The notes below the pieces were generated by a model. It made no database searches. It saw only the letters and a list, made by a program, of their open reading frames with translations, and was not told where the DNA came from. 64,000 bases of DNA, taken from Bacteroidota bacterium. Lineage in GTDB: Bacteria; Bacteroidota; Bacteroidia; Chitinophagales; UBA8649. The translations under genes were made by a program, and so were the position numbers. The DNA is taken from the NCBI GenBank assembly GCA_002862745.1, contig PKDX01000048.1, positions 8,696-72,695 on the forward strand. Reading direction: 5' to 3'. This document shows positions 18,510-28,483 of the stretch, piece after piece. Each line of letters opens with the position of its first letter. The first letter of the stretch is position 1.

Positions 18510-20531
18510 TTAGGACTTGCCGTATTTTTCCTCAAAAGCTTTTTCCCATTCAAATACCTCATCTCGAAGACGAGCGGCTTCTAAAAAGTCCATATTCTTT
18601 GCAGCTTTTCGCATGGCTTTTCTTCGATTTTCGATTTCTTTTTGCCACTGTTTCCGGTCAAGAGAAGCCCTTGATGTGGTCTCTACCAATTCCTCTTGTT
18701 GCATGGAGTCAGCCTTGGGTTTTCGAATTTCAAGCACAGAAGTCGACTTCAAAATATCGGCTTTTGACTTCTTGACGGAAGTTGGCGTGATATTATATTG
18801 TTGGTTATACTCTAATTGAATCGTTCTACGACGCTGGGTTTCGTCAAGCGTAGCTTGCATCGATTTCGTTATCTTGTCTGCGTAAAAAATTACCTTTCCA
18901 TGGATGTTTCTAGCGGCACGTCCAGCTGTTTGAATCATTGACCTTCGATCTCTAAGAAAGCCCTCTTTATCCGCGTCAATAATGGCAACAAGAGAAACTT
19001 CGGGTAAGTCAAGTCCTTCTCTAAGAAGATTTACTCCCACAAGTACATCAAATTTCCCAATGCGCAAATCACGTATAATCTCAACGCGATCTAAGGTGTC
19101 AATGCCCGAGTGAATGTAACGGCAGCGCACACCCGCTTTAGCTAAAAATTTAGCCAATTCTTCTGCCATGCGTTTGGTTAGCGTGGTTACAAGTACTCGC
19201 TCATCGATGGCCGTTCGCTGTTGGATCTCATGCAAAAGGTCGTCAATTTGATTTTTACTTGGTCGAATGTCTATCGGAGGATCAATAAGGCCAGTTGGAC
19301 GTACAATTTGTTCGACAATAACACCTTCAGAACGCTCAATTTCTTCATCCCCTGGGGTTGCGCTAACATAGATTCTTTGTCCGATTAAATGATTGAATTC
19401 TTCATAGTTCAGTGGCCTGTTATCCATAGCAGCAGGTAGCCTGAATCCATGCTCAACAAGATTGATTTTTCGAGCACGATCTCCAGCGTGCATGCCGCCT
19501 ACTTGAGGGAGGGTAACATGGCTTTCGTCAACGACAAGGAGAAAGTCATCTGGAAAATAATCCAAGAGACAAAAAGGCCGTTCACCGGGCTTCCGCTTGT
19601 CGATATACCTAGAATAATTTTCAATGCCGCTGCAATAGCCCAACTCACGAATCATCTCGAGGTCAAACTCGACGCGCTCTTTTAATCGAGCCGCTTCCAA
19701 GTGTAGCTTAACCTCATTAAAGTAGTCGACTTGATCTACTAGATCATCCTGAATCTGATGAATCATGGATTGCACTTGTTCCTTGGGAGTGATGTAAAAG
19801 CTTGCTGGAAAGATTACAGCCTGTTCAAGGTCTTCGAGTACGGCATTGTCCTTGGGGTCTATTTTCTGAATGCCTTCGATTTCATCATCAAAAAAGAGTA
19901 GTCGATACCCATAATCTGCGTAGGGTACATTAATATCTACAACCTCTCCTGTCACTCGAAAGGTGGCGCGGGAAAAGTCGGCCACCGTTCTTGAGTATAG
20001 CGCATTCACTAAATCGAAGAGAAGCGTATTTCTACTTATAGTTTGTCCTTTATTGATGGTTATTACCCCCGTCTTAAAATCCTTGGGATTTCCCATCCCA
20101 TAAATACAACTAACGGAAGCTACTACAATAACGTCTCGACGGCCTGATAGTAATGAGGATGTGGTGCTAAGACGAAGTTTGTCAATCTCTTCATTAATGG
20201 AGAGATCTTTTTCGATATATGTGTCACTTGAGGGGATGTAGGACTCGGGTTGATAGTAATCGTAATAGGATACAAAATACTCTACTGCATTGTCTGGAAA
20301 GAATTGCTTGAATTCTCCATAGAGTTGAGCAACCAGCGTTTTGTTATGGGTTAACACGAGTGTAGGGCGCTGGGTTTGTTCTATAACATTGGCAATGGTG
20401 AAGGTTTTTCCAGAACCTGTAACGCCAAGAAGTGTTTGCGCTAAGCTGCCTTCATTTAGTCCATTGACCAATTCCTTAATGGCCGTGGGTTGATCTCCTT
20501 TAGGGGTGTAAGATGATTCAAGTTTAAACAT
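18510..20531 (-). CDS. uvrB: Excinuclease ABC subunit B UvrB
   Basis: 673 aa. Walker A GVTGSGKT, DESH box (VVDESHVT), helicase motifs and a C-terminal UVR domain (LEAARLRDEV). Confidence 0.95.
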   Translation of the reverse strand: MFKLESSYTPKGDQPTAIKELVNGLNEGSLAQTLLGVTGSGKTFTIANVIEQTQRPTLVLTHNKTLVAQLYGEFKQFFPDNAVEYFVSYYDYYQPESYIPSSDTYIEKDLSINEEIDKLRLSTTSSLLSGRRDVIVVASVSCIYGMGNPKDFKTGVITINKGQTISRNTLLFDLVNALYSRTVADFSRATFRVTGEVVDINVPYADYGYRLLFFDDEIEGIQKIDPKDNAVLEDLEQAVIFPASFYITPKEQVQSMIHQIQDDLVDQVDYFNEVKLHLEAARLKERVEFDLEMIRELGYCSGIENYSRYIDKRKPGERPFCLLDYFPDDFLLVVDESHVTLPQVGGMHAGDRARKINLVEHGFRLPAAMDNRPLNYEEFNHLIGQRIYVSATPGDEEIERSEGVIVEQIVRPTGLIDPPIDIRPSKNQIDDLLHEIQQRTAIDERVLVTTLTKRMAEELAKFLAKAGVRCRYIHSGIDTLDRVEIIRDLRIGKFDVLVGVNLLREGLDLPEVSLVAIIDADKEGFLRDRRSMIQTAGRAARNIHGKVIFYADKITKSMQATLDETQRRRTIQLEYNQQYNITPTSVKKSKADILKSTSVLEIRKPKADSMQQEELVETTSRASLDRKQWQKEIENRRKAMRKAAKNMDFLEAARLRDEVFEWEKAFEEKYGKS

Positions 20532-20625
20532 AGGATTAGACAGACAAGAAATTTACCACTATTTCAAACATTACTAAAAACAAGAGTGCCCTACAAGTCG
20601 TTCAATAGATTCAAGGGGAAAATGC

Positions 20626-20633
20626 TACTTTTG
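20626..20633 (+). promoter_or_regulatory. Candidate Bacteroidota -7 promoter element (TAnnTTTG)
   Basis: TACTTTTG lies 20 nt upstream of ATG 20654. No clear -33 TTG at the expected spacing, so the call is weak. Confidence 0.3.
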
Positions 20634-20653
20634 ACGCGATTAAAAATGGATTC

Positions 20654-21127
20654 ATGACAATTTCTGAACTTCTAGTGGTTACCGGTATCTCAGGCCTGCA
20701 TCTTATGGAGGGTAAACGAGAAAACGGTTTAATTATACGTGGTTTATCGGGCGATAAAAAGCGCTTTGCTTCATCGAGAAAGCATATGTTCACACCCCTC
20801 GATAATATTACAATTTATACCGACGAAGAAGGACTCCCTATTGTGGATATCTTTCGAAGAATGAGGGATTCTTCAACAGCAATACCGGCTGGAGGTGATG
20901 GCAAAGCATTAAGAGATTATTTCACGGAAATTGTTCCTGAACATGATACGGAAAGGGTCTATTCAAGTGACATCAAAAAAGTATTGTTGTGGTTTACTCA
21001 GCTCAAGGACGCTGATCTTCTCCATTTACTTGACGAGGATCAAGAAAAAGTTTCCTCAATAGATTCAGAAGAAGTCCCATCACAAAAGGATCAAGAAGTT
21101 AAAGAGTCTTCAAAAGACAAAGAATAA
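20654..21127 (+). CDS. Conserved Bacteroidota protein of unknown function (DUF5606-like) with an acidic C-terminal tail
   Basis: 157 aa. The N-terminus MTISELLVVTGISGLHLMEGKRENGLIIRGL resembles the DUF5606 family as I remember it. The C-terminus is DEDQEKVSSIDSEEVPSQKDQEVKESSKDKE. Confidence 0.45.
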   Translation: MTISELLVVTGISGLHLMEGKRENGLIIRGLSGDKKRFASSRKHMFTPLDNITIYTDEEGLPIVDIFRRMRDSSTAIPAGGDGKALRDYFTEIVPEHDTERVYSSDIKKVLLWFTQLKDADLLHLLDEDQEKVSSIDSEEVPSQKDQEVKESSKDKE

Positions 21128-21134
21128 AACATTT

Positions 21135-22856
21135 ATGATACACGCAGAAGAGATACAATCCGTACCAAGAAATTTTATGCCAGAGGTATTTACCTTGGAG
21201 GCATGGGATGGTCTTAAGCCCTTTGTTGAAGACTTGGAGCAGCGCGCAGTCGAAAGCGAACAGGACTTCCGACAATGGTTGGCAGATCGCAATGAGGTAA
21301 CGGTAGTCTTTGAGGAAATTGCTCGCTGGAAATATATCCATACGTCATTGGATACAAAAGACGAGGTTGCCAAGAAAGAAAGAGAGTTTATTATTGCTGA
21401 GATTCGTCCAAAATGGGCACAAAACAGTCATACACTCAATCAAAAGTTCAATGAATTACAGGGCAGGTTTCCCTTAAATGATGAGGCTTGCAATAACTAT
21501 ATTCACGCGGTTTCAACCGATATCGAAATGTTTCGTGACGAGAATGTATCGCTCGGGACGCAAATCCAATTAAAGGCTCGTGAATACGATGCCATTAGTG
21601 GAAATTGGTCCGTCGATATTGATGGTGAGACAAAAACACTTCAGCAAGCCAAATCCTATTTAGAGTCGGACGACCGCTCGATTCGAGAAAAAGTTTGGCG
21701 CTCCATTGCCGAAGCGCGCTATCAAGACAACGAAACGTTGGATAAGCTGTATTCAGAGCTTGCTGATATGCGTCAGAAGGTCGCTCGCAATGCGGGTTTT
21801 GAAAACTTTAGAGATTATAAGCACAAGGCAATGCACCGCACTTCATGGCCGGTCCAAGCCTGTTATGACTATGCTGACGCGGTAGAGAAACATGTCATGC
21901 CAATCGTTAATGCGATTCAAGCGCAACGCAAACAGGATCTGGGTTATGGTGTATTGAGGCCCTGGGATACTGAGATTGATTCAGGGGGGAATCCACCACT
22001 CAAACCATTTTCTACTACAGCGGAATTCGTTGAGCGAGGAGTTGCCTCACTTAAGGATGTCGATCCTTTTTTCGGAGAATGCATCAGTAAGATGGACGCT
22101 ATGGGACGTCTTGATCTTGAGTCGCGTCTAGGTAAGGCGCCTGGCGGGTATAACATGCCCTTGCCAGAAACGGGTATTCCCTTTGTTTTTATGAATCACG
22201 CCTGTCTCGAATATGATGTTCGGGTCCTTGTACACGAAGCAGGACATGCGGTGCATTCATTTATATCTCATGAGTTAAGTCACGACTGGATGAAGGATAC
22301 GCCTTCAGAGGTTGCTGAACTCGCCTCTATGTCGATGGAGCTCTTTACCATGGAGCATTGGGAACATTTTTATCCCAATCCTGAGGATTTAAAGCGCGCA
22401 AAAAGAAATCATTTAGAAGGTCTATTGACTACACTACCTGCCGTTGCTAGGATTGATAGTTTCCAACATTGGACATACACTAATCCTGGTCATTCTGCGC
22501 GAGAACGGCATGCCGCGTGGCTTGATCTTACACGTCGTTTTACAAGTCACGTTTTTGATACATCAGGTTTAGAGAAGTTTGATGCGGTCAATTACCAGAG
22601 GGTGCTCCATATATACCATATACCTTTTTATTATATTGAATATGGTTTAGCCCAGTTGGGGGCGATTGCTATGTGGCGTAACTATTGCCAAGACCCCAAG
22701 AAGACAATAGAGCAGTACAAGAATGCTTTAGCGTTGGGTTATACAAAAGATGTTCCCTCAATCTATCAGGCGGCTGGTATACAATTTGACTTTTCCGACC
22801 GTTATGTGAAAGAACTTGCTTCCTTTGTATATGATCAATGGAAAAAACTAGTATGA
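21135..22856 (+). CDS. M3-family oligoendopeptidase (PepF-like)
   Basis: 573 aa with the zinc motif HEAGHAVH and a downstream Glu (EVAELASM). Confidence 0.8.
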   Translation: MIHAEEIQSVPRNFMPEVFTLEAWDGLKPFVEDLEQRAVESEQDFRQWLADRNEVTVVFEEIARWKYIHTSLDTKDEVAKKEREFIIAEIRPKWAQNSHTLNQKFNELQGRFPLNDEACNNYIHAVSTDIEMFRDENVSLGTQIQLKAREYDAISGNWSVDIDGETKTLQQAKSYLESDDRSIREKVWRSIAEARYQDNETLDKLYSELADMRQKVARNAGFENFRDYKHKAMHRTSWPVQACYDYADAVEKHVMPIVNAIQAQRKQDLGYGVLRPWDTEIDSGGNPPLKPFSTTAEFVERGVASLKDVDPFFGECISKMDAMGRLDLESRLGKAPGGYNMPLPETGIPFVFMNHACLEYDVRVLVHEAGHAVHSFISHELSHDWMKDTPSEVAELASMSMELFTMEHWEHFYPNPEDLKRAKRNHLEGLLTTLPAVARIDSFQHWTYTNPGHSARERHAAWLDLTRRFTSHVFDTSGLEKFDAVNYQRVLHIYHIPFYYIEYGLAQLGAIAMWRNYCQDPKKTIEQYKNALALGYTKDVPSIYQAAGIQFDFSDRYVKELASFVYDQWKKLV

Positions 22857-23296
22857 GAATTGTAGGATACTTTCTACTCGCAATGAGTTTGTTTGTCGTC
22901 GCCTGTGGCGATGACGACGTGGTATTTACACCCGATGAAGCGATTTATTTTGTTTCGCCGGATACGACATCCATTACACGGACGGTCAATGATGTAATAG
23001 AGGTAGATGCTCACTTCAGTCTAGATTCAGTAATTGATAGCGTTTTTGTAGGGTATCAAATTGATACGTCGAACCAGCCACCTATGAATCTTGCCTTAAG
23101 CGATGTAGATGAGATTACTGAACGAATTGGCTTCTCCTCTCCACGGAATCAGCACCAACTTCAGTTTTCATTACCTATACCATCAGGTGGAAGTACAAGT
23201 CCTGTCGTCCCCGGAGATATTGTGCGATTTGTTTTTGCAGTACAATCTGGAAACCTAATTGTCACAAAAACGTTAAGGGTAGATATAACCCTGTAA
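22838..23296 (+). CDS. Hypothetical lipoprotein
   Basis: Signal plus lipobox (FLLAMSLFVVACGDDD). The alternative ATG 22853 forms an ATGA overlap with the pepF-like stop (22854..22856). Confidence 0.45.
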   Translation: MEKTSMRIVGYFLLAMSLFVVACGDDDVVFTPDEAIYFVSPDTTSITRTVNDVIEVDAHFSLDSVIDSVFVGYQIDTSNQPPMNLALSDVDEITERIGFSSPRNQHQLQFSLPIPSGGSTSPVVPGDIVRFVFAVQSGNLIVTKTLRVDITL

Positions 23297-23306
23297 GACG
23301 TTTACT

Positions 23307-23948
23307 ATGCATTTAAATTTAGAGAACTCAAGAAAGAGTTATAACCAGCATCAATTGGAAGAGCATACGATTCCAAGAAACCCTTTTGATCTCTTTGCAT
23401 CATGGTACAAGGACGCTGAGAAAATTTCTTCCATCGAGACCAATGCGATGGGGTTGGCTACTGTTTCCTCTGATGGCAAGCCTTCATTAAGGAAAGTATT
23501 GTTAAAGGAAGTGTGGAACAACCAATTTATCTTTTATACTAACTATAAGAGCCGCAAAGGAAGAGAAATTGAGCATAACCCTTCGGTGGCTCTATTGTTT
23601 CATTGGGAAGCCCAAGAACGACAGGTTCGAATTGAAGGAGTAGCCTTGAAGTTAGACGATATCAAGTCGGACGAATATTTTGCATCTAGGCCTCCTTCAA
23701 GCCAGCAAGCTGCAATTGCTTCTCCCCAAAGTGAAATCATCGAGAACCGAGACGATTTGGAGCAGCGATTTGCTAAGGTTTCTTCGGGTTCAGATGAATT
23801 GATTCGTCCCGAGTTCTGGGGTGGTTATGCTGTGGTGCCAAATATTATTGAGTTTTGGCAAGGAAGACCAAGCCGAATGCACGACCGCATTATCTACGCA
23901 AAAGATGATAGTAAGGATAGTTGGTCTACGCATCGTCTCGCGCCGTAG
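23307..23948 (+). CDS. pdxH: Pyridoxamine 5'-phosphate oxidase PdxH
   Basis: 213 aa with LATVSSDGKPSLRKVLLKEV, RQVRIEG and IEFWQGRPSRMHDR. Confidence 0.9.
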   Translation: MHLNLENSRKSYNQHQLEEHTIPRNPFDLFASWYKDAEKISSIETNAMGLATVSSDGKPSLRKVLLKEVWNNQFIFYTNYKSRKGREIEHNPSVALLFHWEAQERQVRIEGVALKLDDIKSDEYFASRPPSSQQAAIASPQSEIIENRDDLEQRFAKVSSGSDELIRPEFWGGYAVVPNIIEFWQGRPSRMHDRIIYAKDDSKDSWSTHRLAP

Positions 23949-23965
23949 TTAAAAATTCTTGAGCA

Positions 23966-23993
23966 AAAAAAAGAGTCCCGAAGGACTCTTTTG
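23966..23993. terminator. Bidirectional rho-independent terminator between pdxH (+) and hup (-)
   Basis: A-run 23966..23972, stem agagtcc (23973..23979) / ggactct (23984..23990), loop cgaa, then T-run 23990..23993. Confidence 0.7.
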
Positions 23994-24014
23994 CACGTTT
24001 AGAAAAGAGATTTT

Positions 24015-24290
24015 CTAGCTGTTTACACGGCCAGCAAGGTCTTTACCCGCTTTGAATCGTACTACTCTTCGTGCAGCGATGTTTAACGTCTCACCAGTTC
24101 GTGGGTTACGTCCTTTACGTGCAGCGCGCTCAGAAGTAGAGAAAGTACCGAATCCAACAAGAGTTAGCTTGTCGCCACTTTCAAGAGTTGAAGTCACTCC
24201 ATTGATAACTGCTCCTAAAGCTTTGCTAGCTTGCGCATTAGTAATACCTGAATCTTCAGCGATTTTAGAAATTAATTGTGCTTTGTTCAT
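24015..24290 (-). CDS. hup: DNA-binding protein HU
   Basis: 91 aa, MNKAQLISKIAE...GFGTF...RKGRNPRTGE...RVVRFKAGK; classic HU/IHF fold sequence. Confidence 0.9.
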   Translation of the reverse strand: MNKAQLISKIAEDSGITNAQASKALGAVINGVTSTLESGDKLTLVGFGTFSTSERAARKGRNPRTGETLNIAARRVVRFKAGKDLAGRVNS

Positions 24291-24313
24291 AATAGATAAA
24301 ATTTGAATTGACT

Positions 24314-24343
24314 CAAAAATAGAAGTATAGAACGTAAATTCAA
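24314..24343 (-). promoter_or_regulatory. Candidate Bacteroidota sigma-A promoter for hup (-33 TTG, 19-nt spacer, -7 TATTTTTG)
   Basis: On the minus strand, TTG (24343..24341), a 19-nt spacer, then TATTTTTG (24321..24314), 23 nt upstream of the hup ATG. Matches the TTG / TAnnTTTG consensus described for Bacteroides and Flavobacterium. Confidence 0.45.
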
Positions 24344-24481
24344 GACCTGTAAGGGAAACAATATGTGCATAAATCGCCTACAGCGGGGCTTTTAGCGCAT
24401 TTCCTTTTTATAACTTGTTGAGTATAATACGACTAGGTCAGTGTAGACAGGCTGGACAAATTGTGGATAGAAGAGTAAAAA

Positions 24482-25270
24482 ATGGAGAAAAAAGCTTTAG
24501 AAATGGCGCAAAATGGTGGTTTCAATCTAATCCAGGATGAGAATTTTACCTATATCGATGAAGGTGAAGGGGATGTTTTGATCCTTTTACACGGTTTGTT
24601 TGGCGCACTAAGCAACTTTCATGAGGTTATAAACCACTTCAAGAAGGACTTTAGAATCATTTTCCCTTTTTTGCCCTTGTATTCTCTTTCGTTAAAAAAA
24701 TCTACCGTTCGAGGAATGGCGGATCATGTTGGTCAACTCTTAGATCAACTGTCAATAGAGAAGGCGCACTTTTTAGGAAATAGTTTAGGAGGGCATATTG
24801 CTTTGGTTTATGGAAAGGAAAATCTTAATCGTTTGCAATCCCTAACCCTAACTGGCTCGTCTGGGCTTTTTGAGAATGCCATGGGTGATGGCTATCCCAA
24901 CCGGGAGAGCTATGAATATATCAAGAGCAAAACGGAATATACTTTCTATAATCCCAAGACGGCGACTAAAGAACTAGTCGATGAAGTCTATGAGACGGTC
25001 AATAATCGCGGCAAGGCCATTCGAATTATTACGATGGCAAAAAGTGCTATCCGTCATAACATGCGGGACGATTTAGGTGCATTTACCATGCCCGCAAAGA
25101 TGATTTGGGGCAGCGACGACAGAATCACTCCTCCTTTTGTGGGCGAAGAGTTCAATAAGTTAATGCCTAATTCATCCTTGAGTTTTATCGATGAATGTGG
25201 TCATGCTCCTATGATGGAAAAGCCTCAAGAATTCAATAAAATATTAATGGACTTTTTAACGTCATTATAG
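24482..25270 (+). CDS. Alpha/beta-fold hydrolase
   Basis: 262 aa. HGLFG oxyanion region, nucleophile elbow GNSLGG, late CGHAPMMEKP histidine motif. Confidence 0.7.
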   Translation: MEKKALEMAQNGGFNLIQDENFTYIDEGEGDVLILLHGLFGALSNFHEVINHFKKDFRIIFPFLPLYSLSLKKSTVRGMADHVGQLLDQLSIEKAHFLGNSLGGHIALVYGKENLNRLQSLTLTGSSGLFENAMGDGYPNRESYEYIKSKTEYTFYNPKTATKELVDEVYETVNNRGKAIRIITMAKSAIRHNMRDDLGAFTMPAKMIWGSDDRITPPFVGEEFNKLMPNSSLSFIDECGHAPMMEKPQEFNKILMDFLTSL

Positions 25271-25272
25271 TA

Positions 25273-25941
25273 ATGTACGTTGCCGAATATATTGACCCTT
25301 CTTTTGAAGCGCTGAGTCCTTCGAATACTGCTCGTGAGGCGAGATTGATTATGGAAGCACAAGATGTAGAGGTCCTTCCCGTAGTTGGAGATGATGGCAA
25401 CTATATTACGATGTTGAGTTTGGAAGATGTTGATCAGCTATCGGAGGATACAACAATTGAAATGCTCAGCGGTAGATTTCAGGCCCGATTTGTTCAAAAA
25501 GACAAACACGTTTTTGAAGCGATACGGCTTATGCTGGACCACGATTTAGATTGCCTGCCTGTTGTAGATAATGCTTCCCTTGCATACAGTGGACTAATTA
25601 CTCGTTCTAGCGCACTTGAGAGTTTAATGGCTTTTGTTCCCTTTCACAGAACATCTTACATCATTACTGTTGAGGCAGAAGCACGAGGTTTTAGCATGGC
25701 TGAATTATGTCGTTTGATTGAATCCAATAGAGGTCAAATTATAGGGACCTTAATGCATAACCATACAGAGCAAAATAGCCCGCTTCGTATTACCATAAAT
25801 TTAGTGGCAGAGGAGCTCAATCCAATTTTTGCTGTATTGGAGCGATACGATTATGTCGTTAGACGATCTTATCAAGGTGAGCAGCCTGACGACTACCTAA
25901 AGGATCGATATCAAAGTTTAATGCGATTTTTAGACACTTAA
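25273..25941 (+). CDS. CBS-domain-pair protein
   Basis: 222 aa with two CBS-like repeats (VEVLPVVGDDG..., LDCLPVVDNAS...). Confidence 0.6.
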   Translation: MYVAEYIDPSFEALSPSNTAREARLIMEAQDVEVLPVVGDDGNYITMLSLEDVDQLSEDTTIEMLSGRFQARFVQKDKHVFEAIRLMLDHDLDCLPVVDNASLAYSGLITRSSALESLMAFVPFHRTSYIITVEAEARGFSMAELCRLIESNRGQIIGTLMHNHTEQNSPLRITINLVAEELNPIFAVLERYDYVVRRSYQGEQPDDYLKDRYQSLMRFLDT

Positions 25942-25950
25942 AATCTACGT

Positions 25951-26829
25951 ATGAGAGTTACTTTGTTTGGCAGAGCTACTGTTGCTCAAAAAATGGAACA
26001 ATTTGAGAATGTTATTCAACTTTTAGTGGATGCAGGTCATGAAGTTCTACTAAACGAGTCACTATACATGATTCAGGACGACCTTCAAACACAGTACAAC
26101 GTCTCTAAAATCAACACACCAGATGATACCATTGACTATGTCTTAAGTCTTGGAGGTGATGGGACTATGCTCGAGGCAGTAACTTGGATCGGAGATAAGG
26201 CGATTCCTATTCTCGGCCTTAATTTTGGCCGGCTTGGTTTTCTTACGGACACTGTAGCCTCGTTTACAGCGGATACAGTCAAGCGATTACAAGAGAAAGA
26301 CTTGGTAATCGATGAGCGCAGCATGTTGCTCTGGACTAATCCTGAGGGTGAGCCGATTCGCCGTTTTCCGCACGCGCTTAATGATATTACAATTCAACGG
26401 GCGTCATCTTCTTCTATGATTACGATTCACGTAACGATTGATGGGATAGCCTTAAACTCTTATTGGGCAGACGGCTTAATTATTTCCACCCCTACGGGTT
26501 CAACAGGGTATTCTCTAAGTTGTGGCGGTCCAATTATTCATCCATCGACAAAAAACATTGTGTTAACGCCCATAGCACCCCACAATCTCAATATTCGACC
26601 GCTAATCTTAGATAAAGGTGTGAAGATTACTATTGAAGTAGAGGCCCGTGACCCTCAATTTTTAGCAACACTAGATACGCACTCTATTCGCTTAGATACT
26701 TCGCGTCATGTGGAAATTTCAAGTTCGCCCTATATTACTAAAATCTGTAGGCTGCAAAATGACTACTTTACAGGAGCGATTCGCGATAAGCTTTATTGGG
26801 GTATTGATAAGAGAAATAGTCATGGCTAA
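25951..26829 (+). CDS. nadK: NAD+ kinase
   Basis: 292 aa with the GGDGTML motif and STPTGSTGYSLSCGGP. Confidence 0.85.
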   Translation: MRVTLFGRATVAQKMEQFENVIQLLVDAGHEVLLNESLYMIQDDLQTQYNVSKINTPDDTIDYVLSLGGDGTMLEAVTWIGDKAIPILGLNFGRLGFLTDTVASFTADTVKRLQEKDLVIDERSMLLWTNPEGEPIRRFPHALNDITIQRASSSSMITIHVTIDGIALNSYWADGLIISTPTGSTGYSLSCGGPIIHPSTKNIVLTPIAPHNLNIRPLILDKGVKITIEVEARDPQFLATLDTHSIRLDTSRHVEISSSPYITKICRLQNDYFTGAIRDKLYWGIDKRNSHG

Positions 26830-26882
26830 AACAATTATCTCCATCGCTCGTTAGTCATTAGACCCTTACCTTAAATCTTTTT

Positions 26883-27713
26883 ATGCGTTTTATTATTCTT
26901 GCCATATTTCTTTTGATTGCAAGCTTTGGGTCACTTTCCGCTCAGAATATTGAGGGGGGCTTATTGTTGGGGAATACACAGTATTTCGGCGATTTAAATC
27001 CTAAGGCTCGGTTTAATGCTCCAAGATGGCATGCTCAGGCAATGGTAAAATATAACGTAGACGATCGTTTTGTTCTCCGGGGGAATATGACATTTGGTAG
27101 ACTCTATTATTCAGATCGATTAAGCGGAGATGCATTCAATGCTAGAAGAAACCTTTCATTTAGGACTAATATTTTAGAGGTTAGCGGAGGGCTGGAATTT
27201 AATTTCCTTGAATTTTCAATGAGTAAGAAGTCCTATCGTTTTTCCCCTTATCTGTTTATCGGACTAGGATTCACCTACTTTAACCCTCAGGCTGAGTTAG
27301 GAGGGGAATGGTATGATTTGCAACCCCTTGGTACTGAGGGTCAAAATGATCTAAGTTATTCCAATGTAAAGCCATATAAACTCGTGACACCCATTTTGCC
27401 TACAGGCTTTGGTTTTAAGTATAATCTGAGCAGAAAAATTAATGTGGGTATAGAGTATGTCCATAGGATAGCATTTACCGATTATCTAGATGATGTTGGA
27501 GGAGTCTACCCCAGTCCGCTTTCTCTACCCGATGGGGGTAGCGGTGTGGCTGCCGCTCTCTCGGATCGATCCGGCGAAGTCGGTGCACCCATCGGCGACG
27601 AGGGGTTTCAGCGTGCAACGTCTAGTAAACGAGATGCCTACCTTATGGGAGGATTTTGGTTAACCTATCTTTTATCCTACGAAAAGTGTCCTAAAATCTC
27701 TAGACTTCCATAG
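26883..27713 (+). CDS. Outer-membrane beta-barrel protein (DUF6089-like)
   Basis: Signal peptide MRFIILAIFLLIASFGSLSAQ and OmpA-beta-barrel-like alternating strands. The position between nadK and uppS is as recalled for Flavobacteriia. Confidence 0.55.
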   Translation: MRFIILAIFLLIASFGSLSAQNIEGGLLLGNTQYFGDLNPKARFNAPRWHAQAMVKYNVDDRFVLRGNMTFGRLYYSDRLSGDAFNARRNLSFRTNILEVSGGLEFNFLEFSMSKKSYRFSPYLFIGLGFTYFNPQAELGGEWYDLQPLGTEGQNDLSYSNVKPYKLVTPILPTGFGFKYNLSRKINVGIEYVHRIAFTDYLDDVGGVYPSPLSLPDGGSGVAAALSDRSGEVGAPIGDEGFQRATSSKRDAYLMGGFWLTYLLSYEKCPKISRLP

Positions 27714-27730
27714 ATTTTCTAAATTCGCCG

Positions 27731-28483
27731 TTGAACGCTCTCTCCTTGGAATTACCCCACGATATTAACCCGAAAACAGTCCCTCAACACGTGGCCATCA
27801 TAATGGATGGAAATGGTCGTTGGGCTAAGCAACAGGGTAAAATGCGCATTGCAGGACATAAAGAAGGAGTTGAAGCTGCTAAACGAGTGGTAAAAGCCCT
27901 TTCTACCGCAGGTGTAAAGTATGTTACACTCTATGCTTTTAGTACCGAAAACTGGAAGCGTCCAGCTCTAGAAGTTAGTGGTTTAATGGACTTGTTAATG
28001 CTTACCCTTAAGCGTGAACTTAAAGGATTCATGAAAGAGGGCTTTATTCTGCGGACAATTGGTGATATAGAACAGCTTCCTTCCTTAACAAGGGATGCCG
28101 TCAAAGAGGTTGTGCACCAAACCAAAGAGAATACCGGCATGGTCATCAATGTAGCGTTGAGTTACGGCGGCCGTTGGGAAATTGTCGAAACAACGAAAGC
28201 CATAATACGCAGGGCTGTCAATGGGGAATTGGACCTCCAAGATCTTGATGAAGAAACGTTTAGCCAACATCTTCAAACGTCTAATATGCCTGACCCTGAC
28301 CTCCTTATTCGCTCAAGTGGGGAAAAGCGACTAAGTAACTTTCTTGTATGGCAATCGGCCTACAGTGAATACGTTTTTGATGATGCCTTTTGGCCTGATT
28401 TTAATGAGCATAACGTATGGAATGCTCTGCGAGATTTTCAGGGTAGAAACCGTAGGTTTGGAACTTCAAGTGATGCTTCATGA
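27731..28483 (+). CDS. uppS: Undecaprenyl-diphosphate synthase (cis-isoprenyl transferase) UppS
   Basis: HVAIIMDGNGRWA, AFSTENWKRP and IRSSGEKRLSNFLVWQSAYSE. TTG start as given in the track. Confidence 0.9.
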   Translation: MNALSLELPHDINPKTVPQHVAIIMDGNGRWAKQQGKMRIAGHKEGVEAAKRVVKALSTAGVKYVTLYAFSTENWKRPALEVSGLMDLLMLTLKRELKGFMKEGFILRTIGDIEQLPSLTRDAVKEVVHQTKENTGMVINVALSYGGRWEIVETTKAIIRRAVNGELDLQDLDEETFSQHLQTSNMPDPDLLIRSSGEKRLSNFLVWQSAYSEYVFDDAFWPDFNEHNVWNALRDFQGRNRRFGTSSDAS